A stretch of 64,000 nt of DNA. Origin: Octopus sinensis. Lineage: Eukaryota. The notes beneath the pieces are model-generated. The model searched no databases. It was not told the DNA's origin and worked only from the letters and a program-made list of their open reading frames with translations. Numbering within the stretch: the first letter of the stretch is position 1; every line of letters begins with the position of its first letter. Made by a program: the position numbers and the translations under genes. The stretch is from NCBI RefSeq assembly GCF_006345805.1, contig NC_042997.1, positions 12,710,001 through 12,774,000 on the forward strand, written 5' to 3'. Shown here one piece after another: positions 39,939-52,717 of this stretch.

Positions 39939-40477
39939 CAAAAGTAATACGTATCAAATATTTTCTCAGAAACTTTAATGGGTTTGACATCCCTGATATG
40001 GACGGGAAGAAATTGTTTTGTTCACAAAAGAGATATTTCTGCAATTGTATTGTATATGACATTAACCAACTATAGAACGATGGGAACATAAGGCCAGGTA
40101 CACGTTTTCCTGCTTATTGCGTTCTGTGATGTGTATATTCCACCTGCACCCCGGACGCGACGCTTGTTCGTCGCTAAATTATTCATTTTAGCCTGTTAAG
40201 TTAACTAGAAGAATTTTAAATGAAGTGTTTTGGTCAAGACTGCGTGGCCCGATCTAAAAGTCGAATCCACATTCTTGCAATCATGAGAGCAACCACGTAA
40301 TCACTAAGCCAGACATCTCCGTACGCACACAAACGCATGCACAGACACGCAAACGCACACACACCCACACGAACACATACACGTATATGCCTTAATATAC
40401 ATACACAGACACATATATAATGCTATAATTGCATGAAGATGTATGTATGTATGCATGTACATATGTATGTAGGTATG

Positions 40478-40560
<83 letters not shown>

Positions 40561-40699
40561 ATACTGTTTATGCAAAAATGAAAATAACACTGACATCTTA
40601 TTTTAATTGATATATTTACCAAAATTACATTAAAATATTTTGAAATACCAAAGAGTAAATTCATTCAATAAAATCGCCATTGACTTCAACCACAGTCTC

Positions 40700-41140
40700 C
40701 ACACGATTCGGAATCTCCATCACCTCTTCTGGAAGATCTCCTTGTTTAAATTAGTGAATGCTGCCTTTACTTCATTTTTGGTGCTGAAAGGAGTTTCGTT
40801 TTCTCTCGCTCAACTGCGCTCACACATAATAATCAAGTGGGCTGCAATCTGGGGAGTTATGTGGCCAAGTGTTAGAGGTGATGCGGTCGCAGAAATTTTC
40901 TGACAAACATGGCTAGGTTCTCCTGCTCGTGTGGAATGGTGCAGTGTCTTGTTGCCAGACATAGGGTCTTCTAGCAGCACCCCCTCCTCTTGACCCAGAG
41001 CAGCACTACCTTCTCCAGGCATTTGATGTAGGTCTCTGTGTTGAGTCTAAGGTTGTGTGGGAAGAAGAATGGAGGCATAACATCGCCATCACTAGTGATA
41101 ACTCCAAACACCATGATGATGACTGTAAGTTTGATCTGTA
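40700..41140 (-). pseudogene. Tc1/mariner transposase catalytic-domain relic (maT/DD37D-like)
   Basis: MVFGVITSDGDVMPPFFF...PYVWQQDTAP.HTS...WPHNSPDCSPLDYYV. Confidence 0.85.
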
Positions 41141-41787
41141 TCACTCTCGGTACATGTCCTGACATTGCACTGTCCTCAGATTGACACCCAACACTCTGAA
41201 ATCTTCATATTGGAGTTTCCGGCGGGAATGCAGGGCAGTACAGAATGTCGTTTCTAAATGTCTGGCAGTGTGAATTGTGTCATAGTGTTGTTTTTCTCAC
41301 AGAGGCCGCCCAACTGACCCTACAATACTCTGTGGTCGACAAAATCAAAAACAAACTATGTACATGCACGAAATTCAAAATATTAAATGGTGACAATTTG
41401 CCCATCGGACCCTCCGTACATATAAGTGAAAGGACAAAAGAAACAAATGACAAACAACATATTTAGTAGGAATCACATGTATTATTTAATACTGTTGATC
41501 CGTTTCCATGCTACTTGAAGTTTCGATGGCCCCTAACGAGAACCTGATGCTTCCACGATTTTTTTCGGCATTCCAGAACCCTGAGGTAGTCGGGTTCTAG
41601 ATAGTGGCCATCGAAACTTGAAGTTACATGCAACCGAATTAAACTTTCGTAAGTAATACACACACACACACACACACACATACATATACAAAGAGAATTA
41701 ACTAGGAAAAATTATTGAAAAAAATATCATAAACCATTCTGAGTACAAATCAGAGTGCGAGGGCATATTTAATAAAATTATATAATG

Positions 41788-42162
41788 GAAGCACTCTGTC
41801 GGTTACGACGACGAGGGTTCCGGTTGATCCGATCAACGGAACAGCCTGCTCGTGAAATTAACGTGTAAGTGGCTGAGCACTCCACAGACTCGTGTACCCT
41901 TAACGTAGTTCTCGGGGATATTCAGCGTGACACAGAGAGTGACAAGGCCGGCCCTTTGAAATACAGGTACAACAGAAACAGGAAATAAGAGAAAGTTGTG
42001 GTGAAAGAGTACAGCAGGGATCACCACCATCCCTGCCGGAGCATCGTGGAGCTTTAGGTATTTTTGCTCAATAAACACTCACAACGCCCGGTCTGGGAAT
42101 CAAAACCACGATCCTACGACCGTGAGTCCGCTGCCCTAACCACTGGGCTATTGCACCTCCAC
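41788..42162 (-). mobile_element. SINE family C
   Basis: Reverse complement aligns with 55971-56355. Confidence 0.9.
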
Positions 42163-43089
42163 AAAAAGTATATAACAAGATTAAAGATTATAAGATTGAA
42201 TTTAGCTAAAATTTTTAATCGTACAAAATGCCAATACAGTCTACGTACGGGTGTGTAGAATGGCTATCCAAGCCTTGTATGAGAATGATAATTCTGTAAG
42301 TACCGATGCAATGATCATTTATTATGTTTGGTAAAGTTGCAGAACTGTGGAATTACAGTATGAAAGTTCTTTGTTTATAACGACACACAAATCATCATGT
42401 TATTTAAATTGAATAGACGAAATCGATTTCAGCCGAAGTTCATTCAATTCACGATGCGAAGGGATGTCGCTAAACAACGAAACATATTTAGTAGTGCAAT
42501 TTTCTCTTTTATTCACTCCACTGCTTTCTGACTTCGTATTATATTAGCAACATTTTCGTCTTTCATTCGGACGGATTGTGCCTGTAACTAACATTAAGAA
42601 GACCGGCTAAATTTACATAAGATGCCTTGATAGTTTTTAGAACCATTTCCTTATACGAATTTAATCAAGTCAATCAATGAGAAGATATAACGTTAGCACA
42701 CACGCAAAAAAAAAAAAAAAGAAATCGAAACAAAACACAACGACGAAAATAAATTTCCACATCAAAAGCAAGCGATTCTTCCCGATCAATTAACTGCCAT
42801 TTATTCCCAAGTCTCCATATAAATTATGATTAAACATACAGCCAGTTTCTCACCATACCACTCCATTTCTCTCCACACCATTCTAGTTCATCTAATGTTT
42901 TCTAAATTTGCTTCAGTACAGCCAGTCAGCTATCGCTCGAAGCAGAGGCGAAATTTTAGCGAAAGCAGTCAAAGGTATTTCTTTAAGACATTTTCTTTTC
43001 TCAAACAAAATGTCTTCACCGTAGGCGGATCAGTCGGTAATGAAGTGAATGGATTGAAGCACATTAACACACCAGCACACACATACAAT

Positions 43090-43159
<70 letters not shown>

Positions 43160-43384
43160 TCCTTCCTTCTTTCTTTCTTTCTTTCTTTCTCTCTCTCTGT
43201 CTCTCTGTCTCTCTCTTTCTCTCTTTCTCACGCACAGGAAAAAGCTTGGATAGAATCATATAAGGATAAATATTTCCCCATGTATGTAGTAATGTATGTG
43301 TATGATGTATTTATGTGTTTTTGCACACACACACTTACACACAAATACACACACACATGTATATATGTACAAACGTATTGGTTT

Positions 43385-43530
43385 CAGATTCTTGGCACAA
43401 GAACAGCAGTTCGAGGAAGAGGTAAGTCGATGACATCAACATCAGTACTCGATTGGTACTTATTTTATCGACCCCACCTAAAGGATGAATTCAAAGTCGA
43501 CCTCTCTGGAATGTAAAGACAGACCAAACG
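43385..43530 (-). mobile_element. SINE family B fragment
   Basis: ggtacttattttatcgacccc...aaggatgaa...aagtcgacc. Confidence 0.65.
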
Positions 43531-43534
43531 TGAG

Positions 43535-43777
43535 GCTGGAGCATCGGTTCCCAGGTTGCCTGGATGTTGAGTTCTTCGGGAAAACACTTAATTTCACGTT
43601 ACGCCTGTCCACTCGGCTGTAAGTAGGTAACAGTGCGATGGACTAGTTTTCAAATCCGTGGCTGGGGTGATGCTGGCCTGCTCACCGAGCCAGCGAGGTG
43701 GGACCATTTAGAAGCTAAAACGATGCAAAAATGCATTGTAAACGTCGATGCATAACAATATTTGATAGCCTGGTAGA

Positions 43778-43785
<8 letters not shown>
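43535..43785 (+). mobile_element. Diverged SINE of another family; tgcgatggactag core resembles the V/Meta-SINE domain (from recall)
   Basis: gtgcgatggactag...ctggcctgctc...gctaaaacgatgc...ctgg tail. Confidence 0.45.
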
Positions 43786-43824
<39 letters not shown>

Positions 43825-43829
43825 CATTA

Positions 43830-43975
43830 GTTTCTTCGAAACAAAGCTGGATCTCCTCCTGTCAAGGGTTCAAGAAAAAACCTACCGAACGACAGGAAAC
43901 ACAGATGAGGGTGGCAGCATCATCCAGCCTCATTCATCGAATCCCACATGGCAGAGGGGGTTTCAAATAATGGTG
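43830..43975 (+). mobile_element. Probable CR1/L2-type LINE 3' end relic
   Basis: FETKLDLLLSRV resembles the F+.KLD.LL terminal motif of these LINEs. Confidence 0.4.
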
Positions 43976-44084
43976 TAGCACAATCAATAGTACTGCCTCC
44001 AGTGTGACAGCAGCTTTAAAGCTGAAACAATTTAAAGAATTAAAGAATTAATATATATATATATATATATATAGGGGTGGCGTA

Positions 44085-44525
44085 GGAATGGCTGTGTGGT
44101 AAGTAGCTTGCTTACGAACCACATGGTTCCGGGTTCAATCCCACTGCGTGGCACCTTGGGCTACTGTCTTCTGCTATAGCCTCGGGCCGACCAAAGCCTT
44201 CAGTGGATTTGGTAGACGGAAACTGAAAGAAGCCCGTCGTATATATATACATATATATATATATATGTGTGTGTCTGTGTGTGTGTGTGTGTGTGTGTAT
44301 GCGTGTGTTTGTGTGTCGGTGTTTGACCCCCCAACATCGCTTGACAACCGATGCTGATGTGTTTACGTCACCGTAACTTAGCGGTTCGGCAAAAGAGACC
44401 GAAAGAATAAGTACTAGGCTTACAAAGAATAAGTCCTGGGGTCGATTTGCTCCACTAAAGGCGGTGCTCCAGCACGGCCACAGTGAAATGACTGAAACAA
44501 TTAAAAGAGTAAAGAGTAAAAGAAT
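44085..44525 (+). mobile_element. SINE family A
   Basis: Full head, body and tail are present. Confidence 0.9.
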
Positions 44526-44548
44526 ATATATATATGTATGTATGTATG

Positions 44549-44589
<41 letters not shown>

Positions 44590-44654
44590 TATATATAATA
44601 TATATATATATATGTGTGTGTGTATGTATATAAATATATACATATATACGGTAT

Positions 44655-44885
44655 ACTCTTACTCTTTATTCTTTTACTCGTTTCAGTTATTTGATGCGCC
44701 TTTAGTCGAGCAAATCGACCCAGGACTTATTCTTTGTAAGCCTAGTACTTATTCTATTAGTCTCTCTTGCCTAACCGCTAAGTTACGGGGACGTAAACAC
44801 ACCAGCGTCGGTTGTCAAGCGATGTTGGGGTGACAAACACATACACACACACACACAGACACACACACACATATATATATATATC

Positions 44886-44919
<34 letters not shown>

Positions 44920-45075
44920 ATACGACGTATTTCAGTTTCCGTCTACCAAATCAACTCACCAGGCTTTGGTCGGCCCGAGGCTATAGTAGATGATACTTGC
45001 CCAAGGTACCACGCAGTGGGAATGAACCTAGAACCATGTGGTTGTTAAGCAAGCTACCTACCACACAGCCACAAG
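44655..45075 (-). mobile_element. SINE family A, tail-to-tail with the previous copy
   Basis: Reverse complement of family A. Confidence 0.9.
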
Positions 45076-45104
45076 CGCAAAAACATATACACTCATATAT
45101 ATAT

Positions 45105-45360
45105 ATTTCATTGCTAAACCTCGCTAAGATAAATATTTCAATTACCTGAAGATTGACTGTAACCATAACCATAACTCGAATTATTCAGAATTGGACAGCC
45201 ATGAAACGATCGTAGTGTTTTACTCATTATCTTTTATTAAACTTTTAACACTTTTGATGTATATTTAAAATAATATAAATTAATTAATTTTATGTATTGG
45301 CTTAAGTTTTTCATTATTTGATTTGCCTAATAGTGGTTTTATCTCTAATTTAATATAATA
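45105..45360 (+). mobile_element. Short hammerhead-bearing element, family H1 copy 2; motif at 45143-45217
   Basis: tac-CTGAAGA-ttgactgt...acagccat-GAAAC-gatc-GTA-gtg. Near-identical to the reverse complement of 9700-9945. Confidence 0.8.
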
Positions 45361-45800
45361 TAATATATATATATATATATTTATGCACACAAACACTATA
45401 AACATCCATATGTTATTCACCGTTAAAGACTAGAAACTTTTCTTGTTGAAGATATCGAATAGTGTAGTATTTCCAGTAGTTCCTTTGCCATCCAAGGATC
45501 ATGGACTTATCCGATTTTCTAAATTGTATTATACGCCACATCGAAAGACGTTCATTACGCAGCAAAATACTTCGTGTGAAACTTATTTTCCTCTATCTTC
45601 GTAATTGGACGAGCGTTATAATACATAGGCATACACACACCCATACACCGACACAAATTCAATTTCATACTTAATATTATACGTATACATATACACATGG
45701 GAACATTTATGTGTATATACAAACGAATATATGTATACCTTTGTATATGTATATTTCCGTACACATCAAGTACATACGTATATATACTATTTCTTTTTTG

Positions 45801-45840
<40 letters not shown>

Positions 45841-46394
45841 GTGTTTGTGTGCGAGTAATTGAGGGAGAGGCACTTATTTTTTCAATCTCAAAAATTTCAC
45901 GTCAGGTCATTAATTTATTTCGGCCTGCGACTGAACGTCGAAATTTTATATTTGTTAATCCATGTTATTATTATTGTTTGTCTTTTTACTTTGAGTTGGG
46001 TTAAGAATGCAATTAACCCTTAGTATAATAATCAGGATAATTGCCAGACATAAATTTATACTTGCTTATTTCGTATATAATTCATGTTGTATTAAGTAAA
46101 TATAAAAATGTAAAAAATATTGAAAGCAAATTTCAGACTATCTTTGATGTAAATGAGTTAAAAATAAAGATGTTTGGCAATACGAAATGAAAGTGCCTTA
46201 GGCTAACTGCTAAAATATACTGTAGGAAACAAAGAAAAGAGAAAAAAAGAAAAGAAATAATCTCTTGAACTACAGCATTAACTTCTAACAAGAGAAATTA
46301 GGCAGATTTTTTTTCAAATTACAGAAATATATTATGAAACATGTAAATTGAGATTCCATAATGATATCGGAGCACGAACTAGATATAAAATGCG

Positions 46395-46800
46395 AAGGAG
46401 TGGCTGTGTGGTAAGTAGCTTGTTTACCAACCACATGGTCCCGGGTTCAGTCCCACTGCGTGGCACCTTGGGCAAGTGTCTTCTACTATAGCCTCAGTCC
46501 GACCAAATCCTTGTGAGTGGATTTGGTAGACGGAAACTGAAAGAAGCCCGTCGTATATATGTATAGACATATGTGTATGTGTATATGTTTGTGTGTCTGT
46601 GTTTGTCCCCCCCCCTCACATCGCTTGACAACCGATGCTGGTGTGTTTCCTCCCTGTAACTTAGCGGTTCGGCAAAAGAGACCGATAGAATAAGTACTAG
46701 GCTTACAAAGAATAAGTCATGGGATCGATTTACTCGACTAAAGGGGGTGCTCCAGAATGGCCACAGTGAAATGACTGAAACAAGTAAAAGAGTAAAGAGT
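46395..46800 (+). mobile_element. SINE family A, full length
   Basis: Aligns with family A. Confidence 0.9.
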
Positions 46801-47267
46801 ATATTCTAAAGGAATAGAATGTAGATACTTTTAACTGATTTATTGTCGTAATTGAAACCGTGCAGCTGTCTCGTTTGTGGTTGAAGATTTTAACTCATAC
46901 AGTGCACTGTTCACTACCACGTGATTATTAGAATATTGTAATTTACCTGGATCATTGTGACAAAAAAGAAAAATATCTAAAGAATGAAGATGGAGAGCTT
47001 CTTACAAAGCAAAATGATAAACGTTTGATAACCTCTCTGTATTTCAGAAACAAGACCGATCGTTAGATGTAAACAGTCAAGAAATATGTCTATGCAGTTC
47101 CACCATATTGTTTTTTGTGCCGGAAGTGACCCCACACCATCACGGTGTGTGTGTGTTAGTGGTTGTGGTAACAAAAGATGAATGTAGTATGCTTGTTGCC
47201 CTCATACGGGGGTCGCGGAATGGCTTTCCGTAGAGTGTTCAACGTGGCCGTTACTATATAGACTTAC

Positions 47268-47306
47268 ATCTTTTGACCGTTCAATTCGGATGACTAGCTT
47301 TTGCAC
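47268..47306 (-). CDS. Candidate 39-nt phase 0-0 micro-exon (VQKLVIRIERSKD)
   Basis: Acceptor tatgtttcag, donor GTAAGT, one open frame. Confidence 0.3.
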
Positions 47307-48375
47307 CTGAAACATATAAAAGTTATTAAACTTTTCTATTCGCAGTGTAAGAAGCTTTCCATCTTAGCAGTCTCACAGGTGCAATATTTAGTTTCCAATA
47401 TTCAGTGAAAAGTTATTTACAATATCGATCAGGCTGTAACGAAAGACAACCTGGCCTTTGACGGGATTTGAACACAGATTAGAGGAATAAATCTACCTTA
47501 AATTAATTTACTGAAGTCTATGTTATATCCATTTTGGTTTTACTTACTTTTCTCTATTGAGTACGAGTTAACAAGGGTAACTCAAACCTCTATGAAATAG
47601 TAGCTAAATACTGTTAACATTTCCTCCAGTGTATTTTAGTAATAAGCTTAATGCATTTTTATTCAAGTTTTCCCGGCATCTTTACATTCAACTCATTTAC
47701 ATCAAAGTTTGTCAGAATTTCAACTTCATTTTCATTTACTATATTAGATAAATTTCTAAATCCTAAATGAACCCTAACTAAAAGAGAAAATGGATAGCCC
47801 TGATTGAATTGTTCTGAATATAGTCTTGGTGAATGAGACATGGTTTGATGATTAACAACAGTAATTTGAACAACATGAGCAAGTATTAAAATAGTACTTT
47901 TAATTCTTAGATTCCTTAGTTTTTGCTAACGGCTGTATACGATCGTTTGAGACTGCAGGGATTTGGGTTTACATGTCTTTCAATTACACACTGAAAACAC
48001 ATAATAGAATGAAAGTGAAGCAGTAGAATCAAAGGTAATTCATGGAGGTTTCTATCGCCAACCGTTTAAGTATAAAATGTTCATACGGTTAAGCTTCTTC
48101 ATTGGCGAGTGAGGTTCATTCAAGTTTTACTATTCTGTATTTAATATAATAAACCATTGTTAATACAGATTTAAAATATCGTAGCAGAAGAAGACTGTCG
48201 ATTCAACAGATTTTATGTTTACAAAAATAGCCCTTTGTGTAATTGTATTGTGAAATTTAGAAGAAGGTATACCATTTTTCACTTAATTTGTAATATGCTA
48301 AGAAGTGTAAAATAATATTTTCATATATTATATGTGTTGGCCAATGTTACTTACTTAACACCTCTGGAAGGCTGT

Positions 48376-48775
48376 GTACGAGGTTGAGTAAAAAGTAAGC
48401 AACGTTTTGAAACGTAAACTTCATCGCAGTATATTTCAGCAATGCTGAAATTTTATTCATCAAATAAGTACCATTACAATCAACACAATTTTGCCAACGA
48501 GTGACATGTTTGTCTATTCTGGTAACATAAAAATCTGGAGTTCTGGATCTCTTTGAACACAGTTTCAGCATCGGTTTGATTTTTGAACTCCTCTCGCAAA
48601 AACAATCAAGGTACGTGAAAAATTGATAGTTGGTAGGAGAAAGGGCTGGTGAATAAGGTGAGTGGAGGAGAACTTCGTAGCTGAGTAACCTCAACCTCTG
48701 GAGCGTCATTAGTGAAACGTTTGGTCGAGCATTGTCATCAAGAATAATTGGCCCTCTTTTTTGACCAGTCAAGGA
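48376..48775 (-). pseudogene. Mariner transposase C-terminal relic with a probable terminal inverted repeat end near 48376
   Basis: GPIILDDNARP...LHSPYSPALSPTNY.FF, a degenerate form of HDNARPH and YSPDLSPTD. Confidence 0.85.
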
Positions 48776-48794
48776 CGGAGGAGTTACAGTTTTA

Positions 48795-49188
48795 CTTTTT
48801 ACTCTTTTTTACTCTTTTACTTGTTTCAGTCCTTTGACTGTGGCTATGCTAGAGCACCGCCTTTAGTCGAGAAAATCGACCCTAGGACTTATTCTTTGTA
48901 AGCCTAGTACTTATTATATCGGTCTCATTTACCGAACCGCTAAGTTACGGAGACGTAAACACACCAGCATCGGTTGTCAAGCGATGTTGGGGAGACAAAC
49001 ACAGACAGACTAACATATACACATACATACATATCTGTACATATATACGATGGGCTTCTTTCAGTTTCTATCTACCAAATCCACTCACAAGGCTTTGATC
49101 GGCCCGAGGCTATAGTAGAAGACACTTGTCAAAGATCTCACGCAGTGGGACTGAACCCGGAACCATGTGGCTGGTAAACAAGCTACTT
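48795..49188 (-). mobile_element. SINE family A body; its 5' end is displaced to 51342-51378 by an insertion
   Basis: The copy stops at ggtaaacaagctactt (49173-49188) and resumes as ggtaagaagctacttaccacacagccattc at 51342. Confidence 0.9.
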
Positions 49189-51341
49189 TATTTCAACAAT
49201 TTTGCCACTAGGGCAGTACACAGAGTAGCTACGGGCTGGACAAAGACATTAATGGATGATGGTGGTTGTGGATGAAGATGGTGATGGGAGAAGTCAAAAA
49301 GCGCCAGCCGACTTCCGCTTCTCTAAGATATTGTTCTTTTTTTTAATAAGTTCAATTTTCTTTTTTCTTTAGTTTCAATAAATCGACATGAGGTTGCAAA
49401 CCTCTTACACGAAGGAGGCACTAAAACCTCTTACAAAGTTCTTTTTTTCATTTCTTTTGCCACAAGGGCAGTATATGAATTCACAAAAATTCTCCCAGTC
49501 AGGTCCCCGAAGCAAATTGTCTTGCCGCCTGCAGACAACTCTGCGACGACAAGTCGAGGCCTGCAAAGAGAAAAGTAAAATGTTTCCTCTCAAAGGTCTT
49601 TGTGACCCTTGACAAAATGTTTTCCGTTACTACCTCCGCAGCTACCCACGGAGGCCATAACGGACTCCTTGAGCTGACCGTGTCCTTGCGTTCTCGGTCA
49701 CCCAAGCCATTCAAAAACTTTTCCACCTTCCCTCCCTTGTGGTAAAGGAGGAGAAACAACTCCTCTTCACAGGAAGGGACCTCACACTGATCCGTCAGTG
49801 GCACACTTTCCACTGACGGAGCACTGTCCGCGGGTGGCACACGTCCCACCCGCGGCTCCGTCGGCGACACAGAAACGTCAGCCGTCCGACCTCTTTTTCT
49901 TTTTTTTTCCTCTTTTTTTTAGAGGCTGCTAGCCCGGGGGGCTCCTTCGGCAGACACGGGGGGTCGCTATCCTCCTCCTCCGTCTGTACGTTCTTTGGTG
50001 AGCAACCATTGTTGCTCACCTGTCTTTTTCTTTTCGTGGAGGCAACCTCCTCCACGACTTCCACCGTCTCCCCCTCCAATGAGGGGGCAGCGGGCACCTT
50101 TTCCTTTTCATGCTCCGGGGCAGCACCACGGCCACCGGGACACTTCCTCTTGATATGTCCAGGCTCCAGGCACAGGTGACACTTGGTGGGGGGGGCGTCC
50201 CTCAAGCATCACCGGATACCTGTACCCGGCCATCCTCAAAAAGTCCCGTAAAACCAGACTTTTGGCTGACTGGGTCCATAGGGTCAAAACAGCTCTTGAC
50301 CCCTCCCAATCAGCCGCAGGCTGTACTTTTACGTTCAGTAGCTTGGAACTGCTACCATCCAAGCCCCGGCGGATAGAGTCCTCTATCCACTCGGGCTCAA
50401 CGCCTGGTGGTAAGCCGCAGATCCAAGCTCTCAACAATTTTTCTCCCTTGTAATTTGGGAGGAACAATATTTGTTTGCCCTCAATGGGCTGGCTTGAAAA
50501 TTCGCAAGCTGCTTTAGGGGAGTCAAATAGCAACCAAACCGTTGCGTATTTAACTCCCCGTGCGATATATTTAACGGCTGGCATGTAGTCTGCCAGCTCG
50601 TTAACAATAGTGGCCTTTGGAAAGACTGCTATGGTGTCGAGCGACTTCGAATATGTCCTCAGCACCACGGTCTTTTCCTCGAGCTCATTCAAATATTTTT
50701 TGGGAGGTGTCAAATCCCACACAGTGAATTTCTTTGCCATAACGTAAGATTTAAAAACAGTTCAAAATGTGATAAAATAAAATAAGACACAGAAAGGAGA
50801 ATGAAAAATACAACAGAAGGGAAGAAATAAAATTAGAAATAGCAGTTCAAAAAAAGTTCTTTTTTAAAAAAATAAATGATAGACGGAGAAAGAGAGTTCA
50901 AATCCAGACAAAGGAATTAATTTTTTCTTTTTTTTTTTTTTTTTCACTTTTTTCGGCCAAAAAATTGTATTCCAGGCCAAATGCACAGTTGGTAAAACAC
51001 CTTGATAAAATAATCCTTGGTACTCCTTGGTAATTCACGTGGATAACACAAATACAATTTCAAAAACAATTTTTGCAGACGGACTACGCCGCTTTAAAAA
51101 TACAATTCTGACTGCAAAGTGAGTCTTTACACTCGACAACAGACAGAAAAATTATACCTGGAGCAAAGTGGAGTTTATTATCTGCTAAAAAATATTAAAT
51201 GCTAAAAAACATTAAATGCAAGTAATAGACTTCACTAAGCTCCCAAAAATACAAAACGCCTACCTGTAGTCGAGTCAAAAGTTCAACGATTCACGTTAAA
51301 ACGTGACATTTGCCGGAGCGAAAAAAAAAACGCGTCCGTTC
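49189..51341 (-). mobile_element. Full-length ORF1-only L1/Tx1-like retroelement (~2.15 kb) with a ~16-bp TSD
   Basis: ~600-bp 5'UTR, ORF1-like CDS, ~215-bp 3'UTR ending at AATAAA (49187-49192), duplicated target ggtaa.(c)aagctactt. Confidence 0.85.
49405..50740 (-). CDS. ORF1p/Gag-like nucleic-acid-binding protein with a CCHC zinc knuckle, ~445 aa after three frame corrections
   Basis: Starts MAKKFTVWDL... and contains EGRPPTKCHLCLEPGHIKRKC (CX2CX4HX4C) followed by a Lys/Arg-rich tract. Frame changes map to homopolymer runs. Confidence 0.75.
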
Positions 51342-52112
51342 GGTAAGAAGCTACTTACCACACAGCCATTCTTACGCCTTCATTTCGTTCATTTTGGCAA
51401 TTTCATGGCAATATGTTTCTGCGGTAATGATTTTCTGGGTTTTAAGTAGTTATAGTGGATGAGTCTAGCAGTGCACCACCAAACAATCACCATAAACATC
51501 TTTTTGAAGAGCACAGATTTAGGGAAGGTTTTCGGTGCTTTATTTTGATCCAACGACTGTGAAAAACGTTTTAAATTTTACAGAATCCACTTTTCATTGC
51601 AAGTTACAATACCGTCGAGAAATGGATCGCTCTGGTTACGGAGAAGGGACAAGCAAATTTCATATCTGCGCATTTTCTGATTTGACTCATCGTAGAAAGT
51701 ACCACAGAAATTTATCCAAAGTCTATTATGTATTTTAAGTATCTATCACGTTTCAGCCCCTGTGCAATGTTTTTGTTGCGAAATCGCAATCTCAGCTCAA
51801 TTCACTCGCCAAGCAAGTACAATTTCGAATGTTGTTCGGAATTTGAAGGGTGTCTACGAAATTTCAATAAAGTGGTGTCATCTCAGATTGGCTATCAGAC
51901 AAGACCTATGAGAATTTCACTTCAGCATCTTACATGATCAATTACACAGTCATGGGACACATTGCCCAGTAGCTGATCTCTAGAGAGATGAGGTCTGATA
52001 GGATATCAGTAATGGATAGCATTCTAGCGAAAATTCTCAACTCTGTTGCATCTGACGAAATTAAAATATTTTATGACAGTAAATATAATTCTACCTGCTT
52101 GGACGGTAAATA

Positions 52113-52197
<85 letters not shown>

Positions 52198-52322
52198 GGC
52201 ATTATATGTTCAATAAGAAAAAAAAAATTATTTTCGAAATTTTTCTCTATGAGGTTTTTCACGCTATCTACCTGATAATTTCTTATTAAGATTCCTTATT
52301 AAGAAGTTGTCCTTAATTGCTC

Positions 52323-52398
<76 letters not shown>

Positions 52399-52399
52399 A

Positions 52400-52645
52400 C
52401 TTTATTTAAAGCAGCAGAAAATTCAAGAAAATCTGTTACTCTGAGTTTCAATCCAGACTCTGGATTGAATTGATATATCGGTTCCATTCTAAAAAAAACT
52501 GTCTGATGAACGGCAACGAGAAACTCAGAGTAACAGATTTTGTTGAATTTTCTGCTGCTTTAAATAAAGCATATTACTCTACCACTGGTATTTGAGTACT
52601 CTTTTTTTCCACCTTGTTTCACATTTATGTGTTTACTCCGGTATA
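52400..52645 (+). mobile_element. Short fold-back element between (TA)n tracts carrying a hammerhead; 50-bp inverted arms at 52400-52449 and 52520-52569
   Basis: The arms are near-perfect reverse complements. An internal hairpin ttcaatccaga-c-tctggattgaa is also present. Confidence 0.8.
52499..52536 (+). ncRNA. Minimal type-I hammerhead ribozyme motif
   Basis: ctgt-CTGATGA-acg-gcaa-cga-GAAAC-tcaga-GTA-acag. The core is intact, stem I is 4 bp and stem II has a GNRA loop. Confidence 0.7.
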
Positions 52646-52651
52646 TATATG

Positions 52652-52717
<66 letters not shown>

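Noticed and set aside
42919-42976. Plus-strand splice-flanked open segments (for example YSQSAIARSRGEILAKAVK; also ~55280-55372)
   Set aside because: Donors are weaker and no homology or consistent chain was found; they cannot be separated from chance.
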